In this document: positions 1-9,600 of the stretch, piece by piece
Layout: every line of letters begins with the position of its first letter
Position numbering within the stretch: position 1 is the first letter of the stretch
Source: Verrucomicrobiales bacterium
Lineage (GTDB): Bacteria; Verrucomicrobiota; Verrucomicrobiia; Verrucomicrobiales; V1-33
Direction: 5' to 3'
DNA length: 14,125 nucleotides
NCBI GenBank assembly: GCA_031411295.1
Contig: JANOAV010000081.1
Location: 1-14,125 of the forward strand
Translations under genes and position numbers: made by a program
The notes under the pieces: generated by a model
What the model was told of the DNA's origin: nothing
The model's input: only the letters and a program-made list of their open reading frames with translations
Databases searched by the model: none

Positions 1-91
1 GTGGCGGGGGCATTCTGCCCCCTAGCCTAGCACCCCGCACCCAACCATCCCATGCATGATCCTGGGCTGGGGGGCAGAATGCCCCCGCCAC
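1..91. repeat. REPIN-like element: two inverted REP-like units (GTGG + GC-rich hairpin) around a spacer
   Basis: 1-22 (GTGGCGGGGGCATTCTGCCCCC) is the exact reverse complement of 70-91. Pairing extends through 23-30/62-69 with two G.T wobbles. Each arm is itself GTGG-C followed by the palindrome GGGGGCA-TTC-TGCCCCC, matching the GTAG/GTGG-tetranucleotide plus short hairpin layout of RAYT-associated REPs. Confidence 0.75.
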
Positions 92-186
92 ATCCATCCG
101 TATGTATTCACTCCGGAAAAAAACTGGCCAATATCAGGAAATTTCTCTATACACTTGCGGATCCTCTATTCCGTTCCCTATCCTCT

Positions 187-3100
187 ATGAAATTTTGCGC
201 CTTGGTCATCCTGAGTTTTCTCGCCATCTGTGTGCGTGCTGCGCCCCTGCCGATTGATATCAAGAATCCTTCCTTTGAAGAGCAGAAAACCACTCTCAAT
301 GGCGATGGCGATGCGCTGCCGATTGGATCTGACCCGGGGGACTACACGGCTGGCGTGGTCCCACAGTGGGCCGCTGCGAGCTCTGGACTCTTTAATCCTG
401 ATCAGCCGCTAAACTTTTCGCCCGACAGCACATTGCTCGTTTACATGGATAACAACAGCACCCTGACCCAAGCCCTGACATTTCCCGGCGGGGCGCAGGT
501 CACAGCTGCCGGGGGCGCGCGCATCACAGTATCAATGCAAGCGCGACCCCGCACTGCGGGCACGAGCAATCTCACGTTCGATGTCCGCGTGGGCGGCGTG
601 AGCGTGGCCACCGCTGCCACTCCAGTTAGCCTGGCGGCCAATGCCACCGGTTACTCGACAGTTACGGCAAACGTCACCCTGAAGAATGCGGCCGACTTGG
701 GCGCTGCGAATGGACAACAAATTTCATTGGTCATCGCCAATATCGGCACGCAGGCAAACATTGATTTAGTCAGCGCCAGCATCGTTTATCCGCCTTCCAT
801 CAACTCTCTCAGCGCGACTCCCTCGCCTGCGGTTCCCGGCCAAGCGGTCACGATCTCCTGGAACGTATCGAACGCCACGACCATGAGTTTCAACGGTTCT
901 GATGTTACTGGACTATCCTCTACTACCATCACCGCGCCAGCCCTGCCACAGGCCTATACCCTGAGCGCCACCAATGCCGATGGCACGGTTAGTCGCAACG
1001 TCCTGGTGGATGTCCTGCCAGCCGCATTGCCAGTCTCTCCAGTGCGCATCAATGAGGTGATGACGGAAAATATTACTGGACTCACGGACGAAGACGCCAC
1101 GCGTCAGGACTGGATCGAGCTATACAATCCCGGAGCCTCCGCCATCAACTTAACGGGCTGGCATCTGACGGATGACTGTGCGCTGCCGCTCAAATGGACA
1201 TTTCCCGCCACGAGCATTCCGGCAGGCGGCTATCTGGTGGTGTTTGCCTCAGGGAAAGATCGCACCACCACGCCACTGCATACGAACTTCAAACTCGACA
1301 ATGATGGCGAGTATCTGGGTCTAACTGATGCTGCTGGCGCAATCGTTAGCGCACTAACCGTGCCTGCCCTAACGGCTGATAAATCCTACGGTTACGGGAC
1401 GGGACCAACCAGGGATCTAGTGAACCTGTCGCCCAGTAATGCGGCTCTGAAATGGACCGTCCCCACAGGCGCAGTGAGCGATGCCTGGCGCGGCGGAGCA
1501 GTATTTAACGACAGCACCTGGACCTCGGGCCAGTGGGATCTGGGCTACAATGCCACCACCACCGTGGCCTATAACATCGCTGCCGGAACCGTGGGCGCCC
1601 AGGCGTATGCGGGATCTTTGGGAATGGATTTCGATGCGCTGCGAACTGTGCAAATCACCGAGTTGGGTTGCTTTGATAGTGGTTCCAACGGCCTGAGTCG
1701 AAACATCACGGTGGTGCTCTGGTCACGAAATCAAAACGGCACCTCTGGCAGCACCGCGGACGATACTCCAGGCTCCGTTCTGGCCACACTGGACTTCACG
1801 ACCGCCCTGCCGGGCACACTGGTGGGCGGGCAACGTTTCAAGACCCTAACCACGCCAGTCACTCTGCCTGCTGGCAGCTATACCATTCTGGCCTATAACT
1901 ACAGCACGGGAGAACCTAATGGAAATAGTGCTGACTTTAACACTGGCACGAACACTGGTGGCGGAGCGTTGCAATTCGTGGGATCATCACGCTACGGCGT
2001 TACCGCTCCACCAGCCTCGCCTGGGGCTTCTTGGCCGGGCAGCCCGGATGGTGGACCTGCTGCACGCTATGGTTCGGGAACGTTTCGTTTCCGTGAGACT
2101 ACCGCGTTTGCCACGAACACGCAGACTGCGATGAACAACGTCAACGCCACCGTCCTAACTCGCACGGCCTTTACCGTGGCCCCGGGACAAATTCCCCAAT
2201 GCCCGTCCCTCAGCGTTACGTATGATGACGGCTTCGTGGCTTGGTTGAACGGCGTGGAGATCGCGCGTCGCAACGCCCCGGCTGCTCTGAGCTTCAATTC
2301 CACCGCCACTGCTGCGGCCAATACCACCACGACCTTTCCGCTGGCTGCCTTTACCAGTTCCTTTCAAAGCGGGTCAAACATCCTAGCAATTCAAGGGTTA
2401 AACGTGGCCGCTAATGATCCCGATTTTCGTCTCCAAGCTGCGCTTTCCGCCGAGACCAGCGGGGAAATTGCTGGTTATCTAAACTCCGCCACGCCCACCG
2501 GCCTCAACACGACCGCTCAATCAGCCGATGGAATTGTCATCAACGAAATCAACAGTGACCCGACCGATTCCAAATCGCGCTTCACGGAATTCGTCGAGTT
2601 GTTCAACCCGCTGAACTCTGAAGTAAATGTCGGCGGTTGGCAAATCACGGGTGGCATTAGTTACCTCATCCCCGCAGGCACGGTCATTCCGGCTTGCGGG
2701 TATTTGGTGATCGCAGAAAATCCATCACATCTGACGACCTATCTTGGCTATACCGGGGCGTTAGGGCCGTGGACTGGCGGATTGAAAAACTCGGGAGACG
2801 ACATTGTGCTGCGTCGCTTGGATCTCAGTGTAGCGGACCGCGTGACGTATGAACTCGGTTTCCCCTGGCCCACCGTGGGCGATGATCCGGGCGATTCCAT
2901 GCAGCGCATCAATGAGCGCTTGGACAGCAATCTGGGCGCATCCTGGCGCAGTGCGCTGCCCACGCCGGGCGCGCGCAACAGCATCACCAGTGCGGTGGCT
3001 CCGCCTGCGATTCGCCAGGTGGCCCATACGCCGAACGCCCCCACCAGTGGGCAAAGCGTGGTGGTTAGCGCCAAGATCACAGATCCCGATGGTATCGCAG

Positions 3101-6039
3101 CGGCATGGCTGGAGTATCAAATTGTGGAGCCGGGAAATTTCATCCGCGTGACTGATCCCGCCTGGAACACGAACTGGATTACGGTGCCCATGGCCGACGA
3201 CGGCACGCGTAGCGATACTTTCACGGCCACCATTCCCGGCACCGTGCAACAACACCGCCGCCTCATCCGTTATCGCATCCGCAGTTGGGACGGAGCGCTG
3301 AATCATGTCAGGGTTCCCTATGCGGATGATGATTCACCCAACTTCGCCTACTTCTGCTACGACGGCGTGCCCACCTGGACTGCAGCCGTGCAACCTGGCG
3401 TGACCAGCGCAGATACTTTCTCCATGACCACTATGACTAAAGTCCGCCCATGGCATCTGCTCTCCGATGCCACGGACGTGCAGAATTGTCAGTATAACGG
3501 TGCCTACAATGACGGTTCCTATCGCTTCGAAGCCGCCCTGGTGCTGGACGGCAAGGTTTACGATCATATTCATTATCGCATCAAGGGTCAGAACAGCACG
3601 TTCAACACCGGCAAGAATAAATGGAAGCTGCGGTTCAATCGTGGACGCTATTTCAAGATGCCAAACGACTACGGCCTGACGACCACGACTGTAAAAACAC
3701 TGAATATTTCCAGCGTGCCCGCCCCCTGGGCACCGTGGAATCGTGGGATGAGCGGGTTGGATGAAGCCATGGCATTTCGTCTCAGCAATCTGGCCGGAGC
3801 CCCCGCACCGCGCACCAGTTACCTGCAATGGCGCGTGATCGATGGTGCCGTGGAACAAAATCCCACCAATCAATACGACAGTGATCTCTGGGGGCTTTAC
3901 CTGGCTTTTGAAAATACGGACAACAATTTCAAAGAGGAGCATGGCCTGCCGGACGGAAATATTTTCCGGATGCAAGGTGGCAACAATAGTGTGTTAGGTC
4001 AGGGCAAAGGACAGGTGGGTGACCTCACGGATCTCAACTCATTTCTCAGCGCGACCACGGGTTACAACAAGGGCGGCGGATCAGCCACGGTGGCTCCTCT
4101 GGTGAGCGCGATTCAAAACGAAGCGTGGTTCCGCGCCAATGTGAATCTTCAGGAATACTTCAATTGGCGGGCGGTCACGGAAGCGGTGAATCAAACGGAT
4201 CGTCGCGAGCAGGAGAACGTCGTTTATTTCCGGGACCCGGCGGATGGTCGCTGGCAGATCCTGCCTTGGGACTGCGATTTGCTTTACGAAAACTTCGACC
4301 GCTGGGGCCCGCAAAGTGTGCAAACGACCGCCAACCTGCTGCAGTATGAACAGATCGCCCGTTGCCTGCTGCACCCGGCCATCCTCACGGAATATCAGAA
4401 TCGAGCCCGTGAGCTGCAAGACTTGCTGCTCAATTCGGAGCAAGCGTGGAAAGTAGTGGATGAGTTTCTCAGCATCATCACGGACGAAACTCCGCGCGTC
4501 ATTCCCAACGGTGGCACCATCAACGATGGCTTCGTGGAAGTGGAACGCCGACGCTGGGATTACAATCCCCTCAACCCCATTCCCCCGCGCGCCACCACGG
4601 CTACCGGAAACTATTACCGCACGCCGTTTCCCATTGGTAACATGACGAACGGCCCCTTCCCGCAGCCTTACAACCGCGTGCTAGCGACTGGCGATTTCGA
4701 AGGCATGGTGAAGTGGGTGAAGGATTTCATCGCTACGGGCGATCATGGCGGTGGTCGCCTGGCCAAGATGGCGAATGGAGAAATCGAGCCATTTACCCTA
4801 ACCACCACCAGCGCGATTCAAATCCCAAACACCCCCACAATCACCTATACCGGCCCCGTCGGCTATCCCTTGAATCAACTGCAATTCAGCAGCGCTTCCT
4901 TCAGTTCGCCTAACAGCCAATCCTTTGCCGCCATGCAGTGGCGCATTGGGGAAATATCCGATCCCACCGTGCCGGGATTCGTGGCGGGTCAGCCCTGGAA
5001 ATATGAGATCACGGGCGTCTGGACGCCTGCTGCCAGCACTAGTTTCACGGCTACAGCCAATGCACCGGCCACGGGCCTCAGCGCTGGCCGAACCTATCGC
5101 GCCCGCGTGCGCCACCAGGACAGCCTGGGCCGCTGGAGTCACTGGAGCGCACCCGTGGAGTTTCAAGTGGGTGCTGCGGTTCCCGGAGATCTGGCGACCA
5201 ATTTGGTAGTTAGTGAAATTATGTATAACCCACCTGCGCCAGAAGGAAGCGATGCTGAATTCGTCGAACTGATGAACATCCATCCGACTGCCGCGTTAGA
5301 TCTAACCGGCGTGCAATTTACCGCCGGCATCACCTTCAGCTTTGCTCCAGGCACGCAACTGGCAGCAGGCGCGCGCCTCCTCGTGGTGAAAAACAGCATT
5401 GCCTTCAACAGCAAATACGGTTCCGCCCTGCCCGTGGCCGGTCAATACACCGGTGGCTTGGATAACAATGGTGAACTGCTCACGCTCAGCCTCGGAGGCT
5501 CCACTCCGCTGCGCAGCTTCCGCTACGAAACATCGTCGCCCTGGCCCAGCGAGCCCAACAACACCGGAGCCAGTCTCGTCCTCATCGCACCACATACGAA
5601 TCCCAATCACGCCGACGGACGCAATTGGCGATCCTCCCTAACGCCCAATCCCGGCACCAGCGACACCACCAATTTCGCCACTTGGCAAACCGCCAACACC
5701 CAACCCGATCCTAACGCGGACACCGACCACGACGGGCTCAGTGCCTTCATGGAATACGCCTTGGGCGGCCAGCCCACAGTTCCTTCCCAAGCCCCGCTCC
5801 CAACTCTGGATCGCCAACCAGACGGTAGCGCCACCCTGACCTTCGCCAAACCGCTAACCGCCGACGACATCGCCTGGCAACTCCAATCCGGCAGCGATCT
5901 CACCGGCTGGCAACCAGCCACCGCCACCCTCCTCCAACGCTCCGCCACCGCAGGCAACGAAACATTTACCTTCAGCCTTCCCCCAGAGGAATTCAACGAA
6001 ACCCGACGCTACTGGCGCGTGCGGTTTGAGTTGCGGTAG
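187..6039 (+). CDS. Secreted multidomain lamin-tail-domain / CotH kinase family protein (~1950 aa)
   Basis: Long ORF. ATG at 187 gives a signal peptide (MKFCALVILSFLAICVRA-AP). Three lamin-tail-like domains: VRINEVM..DWIELYNP from ~1042, IVINEI..EFVELFNP from ~2533, LVVSEIMYNP..EFVELMN from ~5203. CotH-like core at ~3430-4750 (YRIKGQNS, KNKWKLRF, WGLYLAFE, NQTDR..N, WQILPWDCD). Also an Ig-like module, a DUF4082-like module, a DDGFVAWLNG jelly-roll, an Fn3-like module (YRARVRHQD..GRWSHWS) and a C-terminal DxDxDG..EYALG domain. Confidence 0.9.
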   Translation: MKFCALVILSFLAICVRAAPLPIDIKNPSFEEQKTTLNGDGDALPIGSDPGDYTAGVVPQWAAASSGLFNPDQPLNFSPDSTLLVYMDNNSTLTQALTFPGGAQVTAAGGARITVSMQARPRTAGTSNLTFDVRVGGVSVATAATPVSLAANATGYSTVTANVTLKNAADLGAANGQQISLVIANIGTQANIDLVSASIVYPPSINSLSATPSPAVPGQAVTISWNVSNATTMSFNGSDVTGLSSTTITAPALPQAYTLSATNADGTVSRNVLVDVLPAALPVSPVRINEVMTENITGLTDEDATRQDWIELYNPGASAINLTGWHLTDDCALPLKWTFPATSIPAGGYLVVFASGKDRTTTPLHTNFKLDNDGEYLGLTDAAGAIVSALTVPALTADKSYGYGTGPTRDLVNLSPSNAALKWTVPTGAVSDAWRGGAVFNDSTWTSGQWDLGYNATTTVAYNIAAGTVGAQAYAGSLGMDFDALRTVQITELGCFDSGSNGLSRNITVVLWSRNQNGTSGSTADDTPGSVLATLDFTTALPGTLVGGQRFKTLTTPVTLPAGSYTILAYNYSTGEPNGNSADFNTGTNTGGGALQFVGSSRYGVTAPPASPGASWPGSPDGGPAARYGSGTFRFRETTAFATNTQTAMNNVNATVLTRTAFTVAPGQIPQCPSLSVTYDDGFVAWLNGVEIARRNAPAALSFNSTATAAANTTTTFPLAAFTSSFQSGSNILAIQGLNVAANDPDFRLQAALSAETSGEIAGYLNSATPTGLNTTAQSADGIVINEINSDPTDSKSRFTEFVELFNPLNSEVNVGGWQITGGISYLIPAGTVIPACGYLVIAENPSHLTTYLGYTGALGPWTGGLKNSGDDIVLRRLDLSVADRVTYELGFPWPTVGDDPGDSMQRINERLDSNLGASWRSALPTPGARNSITSAVAPPAIRQVAHTPNAPTSGQSVVVSAKITDPDGIAAAWLEYQIVEPGNFIRVTDPAWNTNWITVPMADDGTRSDTFTATIPGTVQQHRRLIRYRIRSWDGALNHVRVPYADDDSPNFAYFCYDGVPTWTAAVQPGVTSADTFSMTTMTKVRPWHLLSDATDVQNCQYNGAYNDGSYRFEAALVLDGKVYDHIHYRIKGQNSTFNTGKNKWKLRFNRGRYFKMPNDYGLTTTTVKTLNISSVPAPWAPWNRGMSGLDEAMAFRLSNLAGAPAPRTSYLQWRVIDGAVEQNPTNQYDSDLWGLYLAFENTDNNFKEEHGLPDGNIFRMQGGNNSVLGQGKGQVGDLTDLNSFLSATTGYNKGGGSATVAPLVSAIQNEAWFRANVNLQEYFNWRAVTEAVNQTDRREQENVVYFRDPADGRWQILPWDCDLLYENFDRWGPQSVQTTANLLQYEQIARCLLHPAILTEYQNRARELQDLLLNSEQAWKVVDEFLSIITDETPRVIPNGGTINDGFVEVERRRWDYNPLNPIPPRATTATGNYYRTPFPIGNMTNGPFPQPYNRVLATGDFEGMVKWVKDFIATGDHGGGRLAKMANGEIEPFTLTTTSAIQIPNTPTITYTGPVGYPLNQLQFSSASFSSPNSQSFAAMQWRIGEISDPTVPGFVAGQPWKYEITGVWTPAASTSFTATANAPATGLSAGRTYRARVRHQDSLGRWSHWSAPVEFQVGAAVPGDLATNLVVSEIMYNPPAPEGSDAEFVELMNIHPTAALDLTGVQFTAGITFSFAPGTQLAAGARLLVVKNSIAFNSKYGSALPVAGQYTGGLDNNGELLTLSLGGSTPLRSFRYETSSPWPSEPNNTGASLVLIAPHTNPNHADGRNWRSSLTPNPGTSDTTNFATWQTANTQPDPNADTDHDGLSAFMEYALGGQPTVPSQAPLPTLDRQPDGSATLTFAKPLTADDIAWQLQSGSDLTGWQPATATLLQRSATAGNETFTFSLPPEEFNETRRYWRVRFELR

Positions 6040-6057
6040 GACGGTGCGTCCGGAAAT

Positions 6058-6239
6058 GTGAAGGCCATCGCTGATCATAACGATTGGCGCACCGAAGCTA
6101 AACCAGAGCACCACGAAACGCTCCGCTGGATGCTGGATGCTCGAGGAATAAGCGCGTCAGCATCTTCGCGCCAGAGCTGGGAACAGCTCAGACCGTTTCC
6201 CCAAGCGAATTGAGGCGATTCTGGAAAGGTGACCTTTAA
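6058..6239 (+). pseudogene. Possible degenerate XRE/HigA-like helix-turn-helix remnant
   Basis: The frame from GTG 6058 reads ..HETLRWMLDARGISAS. After a frameshift near 6162 it continues FAPELGTAQTVS. Together these resemble the LRxxLxxxGxSxSDLARxLG..VS pattern of HigA-type HTH proteins. Recognised by eye only. Confidence 0.25.
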
Positions 6240-6279
6240 AAAGCACTGAATAAATTGCGTTTCTCTAAGGAATTGCAGT

Positions 6280-6420
6280 CTTTGTGGATCTACATCCGGA
6301 AAATCGAAAACGCTGTCGGCCGTGATCTACCCGGGAGTCGGGCACGTTTACACGCCCGGGATGTTGCAGGAAACCCTTGGCAGGTTTGAAACGCACATCG
6401 GTGCCGGCGCGAATAAGTAG
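6280..6420 (+). pseudogene. C-terminal remnant of an alpha/beta-hydrolase (dienelactone hydrolase / acetyl xylan esterase-like)
   Basis: The frame reads ..SAVIYPGVGHVYTPGMLQETLGRFETHIGAGANK* (TAG 6418-6420). YPGVGH followed by a terminal helix is the catalytic-His end of alpha/beta-hydrolases. An in-frame TGA lies at 6247 and there is no ATG ahead of the motif, so this is only a fragment. Confidence 0.5.
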
Positions 6421-6665
6421 CCTCAGCTTCAGCTCGAATGTCGTGAAGGCTCGCCCCGGTTCAGGGACAGGGCCGAGTCTGTCCATTCTGTGCGTCGAGC
6501 ATCCGAAACGCCGGTGTTCTGAGTGTTTCCGGTGCGGCGTGTGCGAAAGCACCCCGAAGATGGCGAGGCCGATGTGGCCATCGCCGGTCAGATCCATGCG
6601 CCGAAGCAGCCGCGCATTGCCCAACAGCAGGACACTGAAGCCCACGCTTTTGCCGTGGTGCCTGC

Positions 6666-9600
6666 CTATTGAATCTTCAGAACTCCGTTACCCTTGATGA
6701 AATTGGGGGAGTTGTTCGCATCGTAGGTGCCGGGAGGCTGCGCTTTGCCATCGAGTTCCAGTTTGCGAATGCGGATCTCGGCTTTGTCGTTCAGTTCCAG
6801 GATGCCACCTTGAGAAATGGAGACTTCCGTTTGTTCGCCAAGGCCATGGGGATTCGAAATCACCAGGGTGCCTTGTTTCACACTAGTCGGGCCAGTGTAG
6901 GTGTTCTTGCCGGAAAGCAGCCAGGTGCCCGTGCCGGTTTTTGTCAGGGAAGTGGTGGCCTTCTCCTTGCGGTCGTAGGGATTCTCGATGTTGCAGGCAA
7001 TCTCGCCAGTCCCGCTGCTGGAGCCGGTCAGGATGAGTGTTTTATTCTCGGCATAGCCGGAAATCACAAAGGGGCTGGTTAGTTTGAACAACCCAGTGCC
7101 CGATTGATCCAGGGAGATGGCGTCCTGACGACCAGGGAAGTTCAGCGTGCGGTCGGTGGTTTCGCCTTTGCCAATATAGACTAACGTGCAGCCGCCACTG
7201 AGGAAGATTTCGCCATCGCTTTCATCTTTTGGCGCACCCAGACTGCTGCTAGGCATCCCTTTTACCACGCTGTTGAGGGACTCTACACTGAGCGTGCCGC
7301 CTTCCACAATCGTTTGTCCACTGAAGGTATTGGCACCAGAAAGTTTCAATGTTCCCGCGCCGCATTTCTTGAGATGAATGCCTCCGCCGCCTGGGCCTTG
7401 TGAGTCGTTAATTGTGGTCGTTAGCTCCTGGACCTCCGTGGCGCCGGTGGTATCAACGCCAAACGTGCTGCGAGCTAGCAAGCCGTTTCGGTTGATGTTC
7501 GTGGTGAGATTCTTCAGCATGGTTCCAGCCTGCGCTGCCGTGAATGCGTCCGGACCGCCAACGTGCAGACGCAGCTCGCCTGCCGCACCGTTCACCGTAA
7601 TGTTCGCAGGAGTCCACTGCGCAGGTTCATTGTTGTAAAGTGAGGACTTTACTTCAAGGAGTCCCATTTCCACTTTGGTGGCTCCTGTGTAGGTATTGCG
7701 ACCGAAGAGTTTGATCGTCCCGCTCTTCGTTCCGTGATCCACGCGGTGACCGGTCTGAGTTAGGCCACCGGGGCCACTGATTCCGCTTTCCTTGTTGTCA
7801 AACACCAGAGTGTCAGGACAACTCACCATGGTGTTTCCCTGCAAGGTCACCGGACCGCTCCAGTGGCCGATTCCGCCTGAAAAGATGCGTCCGCCCTTCG
7901 CTGTCAGGGAATTCATCACCGCATCACCGCCGATACCAATCGCCCCATCCTGGTTGAGGGTAAGTGGCCCGGTTCCCAAGCCCTGCTTTTGCACGGAAAG
8001 AGAGCCTTCGTTCACGATGGTCCCGCCGCTGTAAGTGTTGGCCGAATTGCTAACGTAGAGCGAGTGCGGGCCATCCTTGATCAATGCGCCCTTGCCGGAA
8101 ATGACGCCCGGCAGGAACACGCGTGTGTCATCGAGTTCAAGTCCGTCGATGATGAGATCGGCATCGAGCCTGATCGGTGCTTTGATCGTGACCTCCGAAC
8201 GGGCCTGGCTGTTCATGTGAGGCAACATCGACGAACTGCTCTTGGTGAAAACCAACGATCCATTGCCGATCCATGTGGGGAACGAGCCAGTGAAATTGAG
8301 TTGATTGAGCACGAAATCTCCCTCGCCTTCTCTCGTGACCGTAAACCTGCCAGGTGCGGTGAAATTCAAAATCGTGTCAGCATTTCCTTCGCCGACCGGA
8401 CTAGCCGCAGCGCCCAAGTGGCTTTTCCACTTGCTGCCGTCATTGAAATTTCCGCCGTCTTTTGCCGTCCAGGTGAAGTGCATCGGCTTGGCGCTCTGCA
8501 CCGCCTTCACCGTATAATCCTTGGTGGAACCGTCCTGCGCGGTGATCTTGTAAATTTGCGGAGTGGAGAAATCCCTGACTGTCCCTGAAGGCGGTGCAGA
8601 AGTGGCAAAGCGCGCCAGGTCAAACACCGGAGCCAATGCTGTGACGTCGGCAGTGGGCGGAACAAGCATCGTGATGGTGGTGCCGTTGATGGCCGTGGAG
8701 GCCGCGTCCGGCAACTTCAAACGATAAATTTCCTTCACCGTCCATGGACCGGTCAGCTCTTTGGGAAACTGATAACCCCGGCGTTCCCGCTTGCTGGGCA
8801 CAAAAGGCTTGTCTCCCTTGACCAGGGGCGGTGCATCGGGCTTCTCCAGCTTGGCCCGCAGCGTCGTCTTGGTCGGTGGCAACTGCGCAGCCTTTGCCGG
8901 ATCGATATACTCCACCAGATCCCGCATGGCGACGACCTTGTAATTGTTGCCCTTCAGGTATTCCACGATGTCTTCGAATATGTCAGGATCGATTCCCACG
9001 CCAGCATGCTCCATGTCAGGCGTGCCGTGAAACGTAATGACGACCACCTTGCCATCTGTGGCCTGTTGGACCGCACTGATCAGCCCCTCGATCGTCTGAC
9101 CCACGCCACCAGCGGCAAACGAGGGAACGTCGAAGGGATTATCCTGCGTAGGGTCATAAGTGCGACCGTAGCCGCCTCGCGCAAACGTATAACCCCAGCT
9201 TTGCAGGAGTGGATAGAACTTCGGATTCTTGTCATAGAACGGCCAGCAGAAAGTTGTCGATCTAGGGATGCGGTTTGCGATCATTTCATCCTCCAGCGTC
9301 CACACATACGCCTGGCAGCCACCCACATCCGTCATCGACAACTGGCCATGTCCACGGGTGTGATTGCCAATGTCGAATCCCTGCTCGGACATCGTCCGAA
9401 TCTGTCGCCACGTCATATACCAATCCTTCCGCTCGCGAAATAGATAGGCATCGGAAACATAAAACGTGCCGTTGAAACCATATTTCTTGAGAATCGGAGC
9501 GGCAACGGTCGCATGACTCGCGCAACCGTCGTCGAAAGTGAATACCACAAGTCTCTCAGGGATGGGTTTCTTGAGAATGCCCAGGGGATCGTCCACCTTG

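Noticed and set aside
125..155. Possible sigma70 promoter TGGCCA-N19-TACACT
   Set aside because: The -10 is plausible, but the -35 is weak and the spacing is long. It cannot be supported from sequence alone.
52..186. Upstream ATG start (52) given by the ORF track for the CotH protein
   Set aside because: The extension runs through the repeat arm and looks non-coding. ATG 187 puts the signal peptide at the N-terminus.
3430..4750. Assigning the gene symbol cotH or a sporulation role
   Set aside because: Only a CotH-family domain within a much larger secreted protein, with no sporulation context.
6036..6051. GTAG overlapping the stop codon, followed by the mini-hairpin GGACG-GTG-CGTCC
   Set aside because: REP-like in form, but only a 5-bp stem with no partner copy and no U-tract. 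Could be chance and is not a convincing terminator.
6265..6697. ORFs 6265-6645 (-) and 6377-6697 (+)
   Set aside because: No recognisable family. They overlap each other, the hydrolase remnant and the deacetylase end. Part of the minus frame (VGFSVLLLG..HIGLAIFGVLS) might be a membrane-protein relic, but I cannot identify it.
6858..8085. Repeats in the deacetylase gene as a possible CRISPR, DGR or tandem nucleotide repeat
   Set aside because: The repeats are at protein level only and are diverged in DNA. There is no regular spacer array, no near-identical TR/VR pair and no reverse transcriptase or cas gene.
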